From positions 1 to 36,526 of IMG/VR virus record IMGVR_UViG_3300012920_010371: a stretch of 36,526 bases of DNA; one strand, given 5' to 3'. Below the pieces are notes generated by a model. The model worked only from the letters and a program-made list of their open reading frames with translations. It did not search any database and was not told the origin of the DNA. A program made the translations under genes and the position numbers. The DNA is from a virus. Lineage: Duplodnaviria > Caudoviricetes. This document shows positions 36,032 through 36,526 of the stretch, in pieces (within the stretch, counting starts at the first letter, position 1; every line of letters begins with the position of its first letter).

Positions 36032-36108
36032 GCCCCGATAGCTCAATTGGATAGAGCATCTGCCTTCTAAGCAGAGGGTTGCCGGTTCGAGTCCAGCTCG
36101 GGGTGCCA
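36032..36108 (+). tRNA. tRNA-Arg (anticodon TCT), CCA encoded
   Basis: Full cloverleaf: GCCCCGA/TCGGGGT, GCTC/GAGC, TCTGC-CTTCTAA-GCAGA, TTCGAGT T-loop. One C-A mismatch in the T-stem. Confidence 0.96.
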
Positions 36109-36196
36109 TTTTGAACTTATTTGTAAATTTAGCTCTTAGTTATTGGAAGTTAAAAATAAAAAATTTATTTTTTAAAGACCGGTGTAATTGCAAAGT

Positions 36197-36313
36197 ATGT
36201 GCGAATGTTCACAATGCAAAAAAGAATTCCAAGAAATCGACTTGATTTGGGTGCAGAAAGCAGGCAAGCTCTACCTGCTTTGTAAAAACTGTTATGAGCA
36301 AATGTTTAAATAA
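36197..36313 (+). CDS. small zinc-finger-like protein (38 aa, not in ORF track)
   Basis: MCECSQCKKEFQEIDLIWVQKAGKLYLLCKNCYEQMFK has two CxxC pairs. Confidence 0.6.
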   Translation: MCECSQCKKEFQEIDLIWVQKAGKLYLLCKNCYEQMFK

Positions 36314-36319
36314 AAAATT

Positions 36320-36517
36320 ATGTTTATAGAACTTACAGAAATAGTTACAGAGGGAATTGGCAGCTTGTCTAACCCTGAAAGAAACATTGTTATCAACACT
36401 TCTAAAATACAAACTTTCTATGCAGACTCTTCTGAAAGAACAGTCATAGAACTTCGCAGAAACTCCGTAAGAGTGAAAGAATCTTACGAAGAAGTAAAAG
36501 AGCTTCTAAAAGATTGA
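36320..36517 (+). CDS. small FlbD-like hypothetical protein
   Basis: FIELT...IVIN...I...TVI.L...VKES.EEV pattern. Confidence 0.6.
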   Translation: MFIELTEIVTEGIGSLSNPERNIVINTSKIQTFYADSSERTVIELRRNSVRVKESYEEVKELLKD

Positions 36518-36526
36518 TCTAGTTTA

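Noticed and set aside
21309-36412. Short antisense or nested ORFs in the right arm (e.g. 21309, 22233, 22906, 23406, 23929, 24309, 25345, 26038, 30480, 30900, 33449, 34252, 36209)
   Set aside because: They overlap confident plus-strand genes or better small plus-strand ORFs.
1-36526. Alternative genetic code / stop-codon readthrough
   Set aside because: Standard-code ORFs tile the window densely, and known proteins are full length with TAA, TGA and TAG all used as stops.

Overview
AT-rich, densely packed segment of a large dsDNA bacteriophage (or provirus) genome, with many ATGA/TAATG gene overlaps. No structural genes are in the window. A PVC-superphylum host (probably Verrucomicrobia) is inferred from a PVC-style prepilin, a GspC/PilP-like protein, an LRR protein and a Chlamydia-like NrdB. 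The left arm (1-20761, minus strand) holds a DUF559/Vsr-like nuclease and a RecA/UvsX recombinase, a ~17 kb cluster of about 20 nucleotide-sugar and glycosylation genes, an SSB-like protein, a sigma factor and a dNMP kinase. The sugar cluster includes Gmd, a His-type PLP 3-dehydratase, a ThDP E1 alpha/beta pair, a B12 radical SAM enzyme, RmlC and several glycosyltransferases. The strand switch (20762-21167) carries divergent sigma70-like promoters and a ~290 nt highly base-paired non-coding element. The right arm (plus strand) holds dUTPase, Hsp20 behind a sigma54-type promoter, NrdAB with a tyrosine-less class Ic-type R2, pyrophosphatase, a 2OG-Fe(II) oxygenase, a pilin/GspC-like pair, an orphan MbcA/ParS-like antitoxin, a 371-aa protein with an IS110/TasR-like DEDD RuvC signature, a SpeD-like protein, secreted and membrane proteins, and tRNA-Arg(TCT). 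All calls come from motif recognition by eye; no database searches were run.
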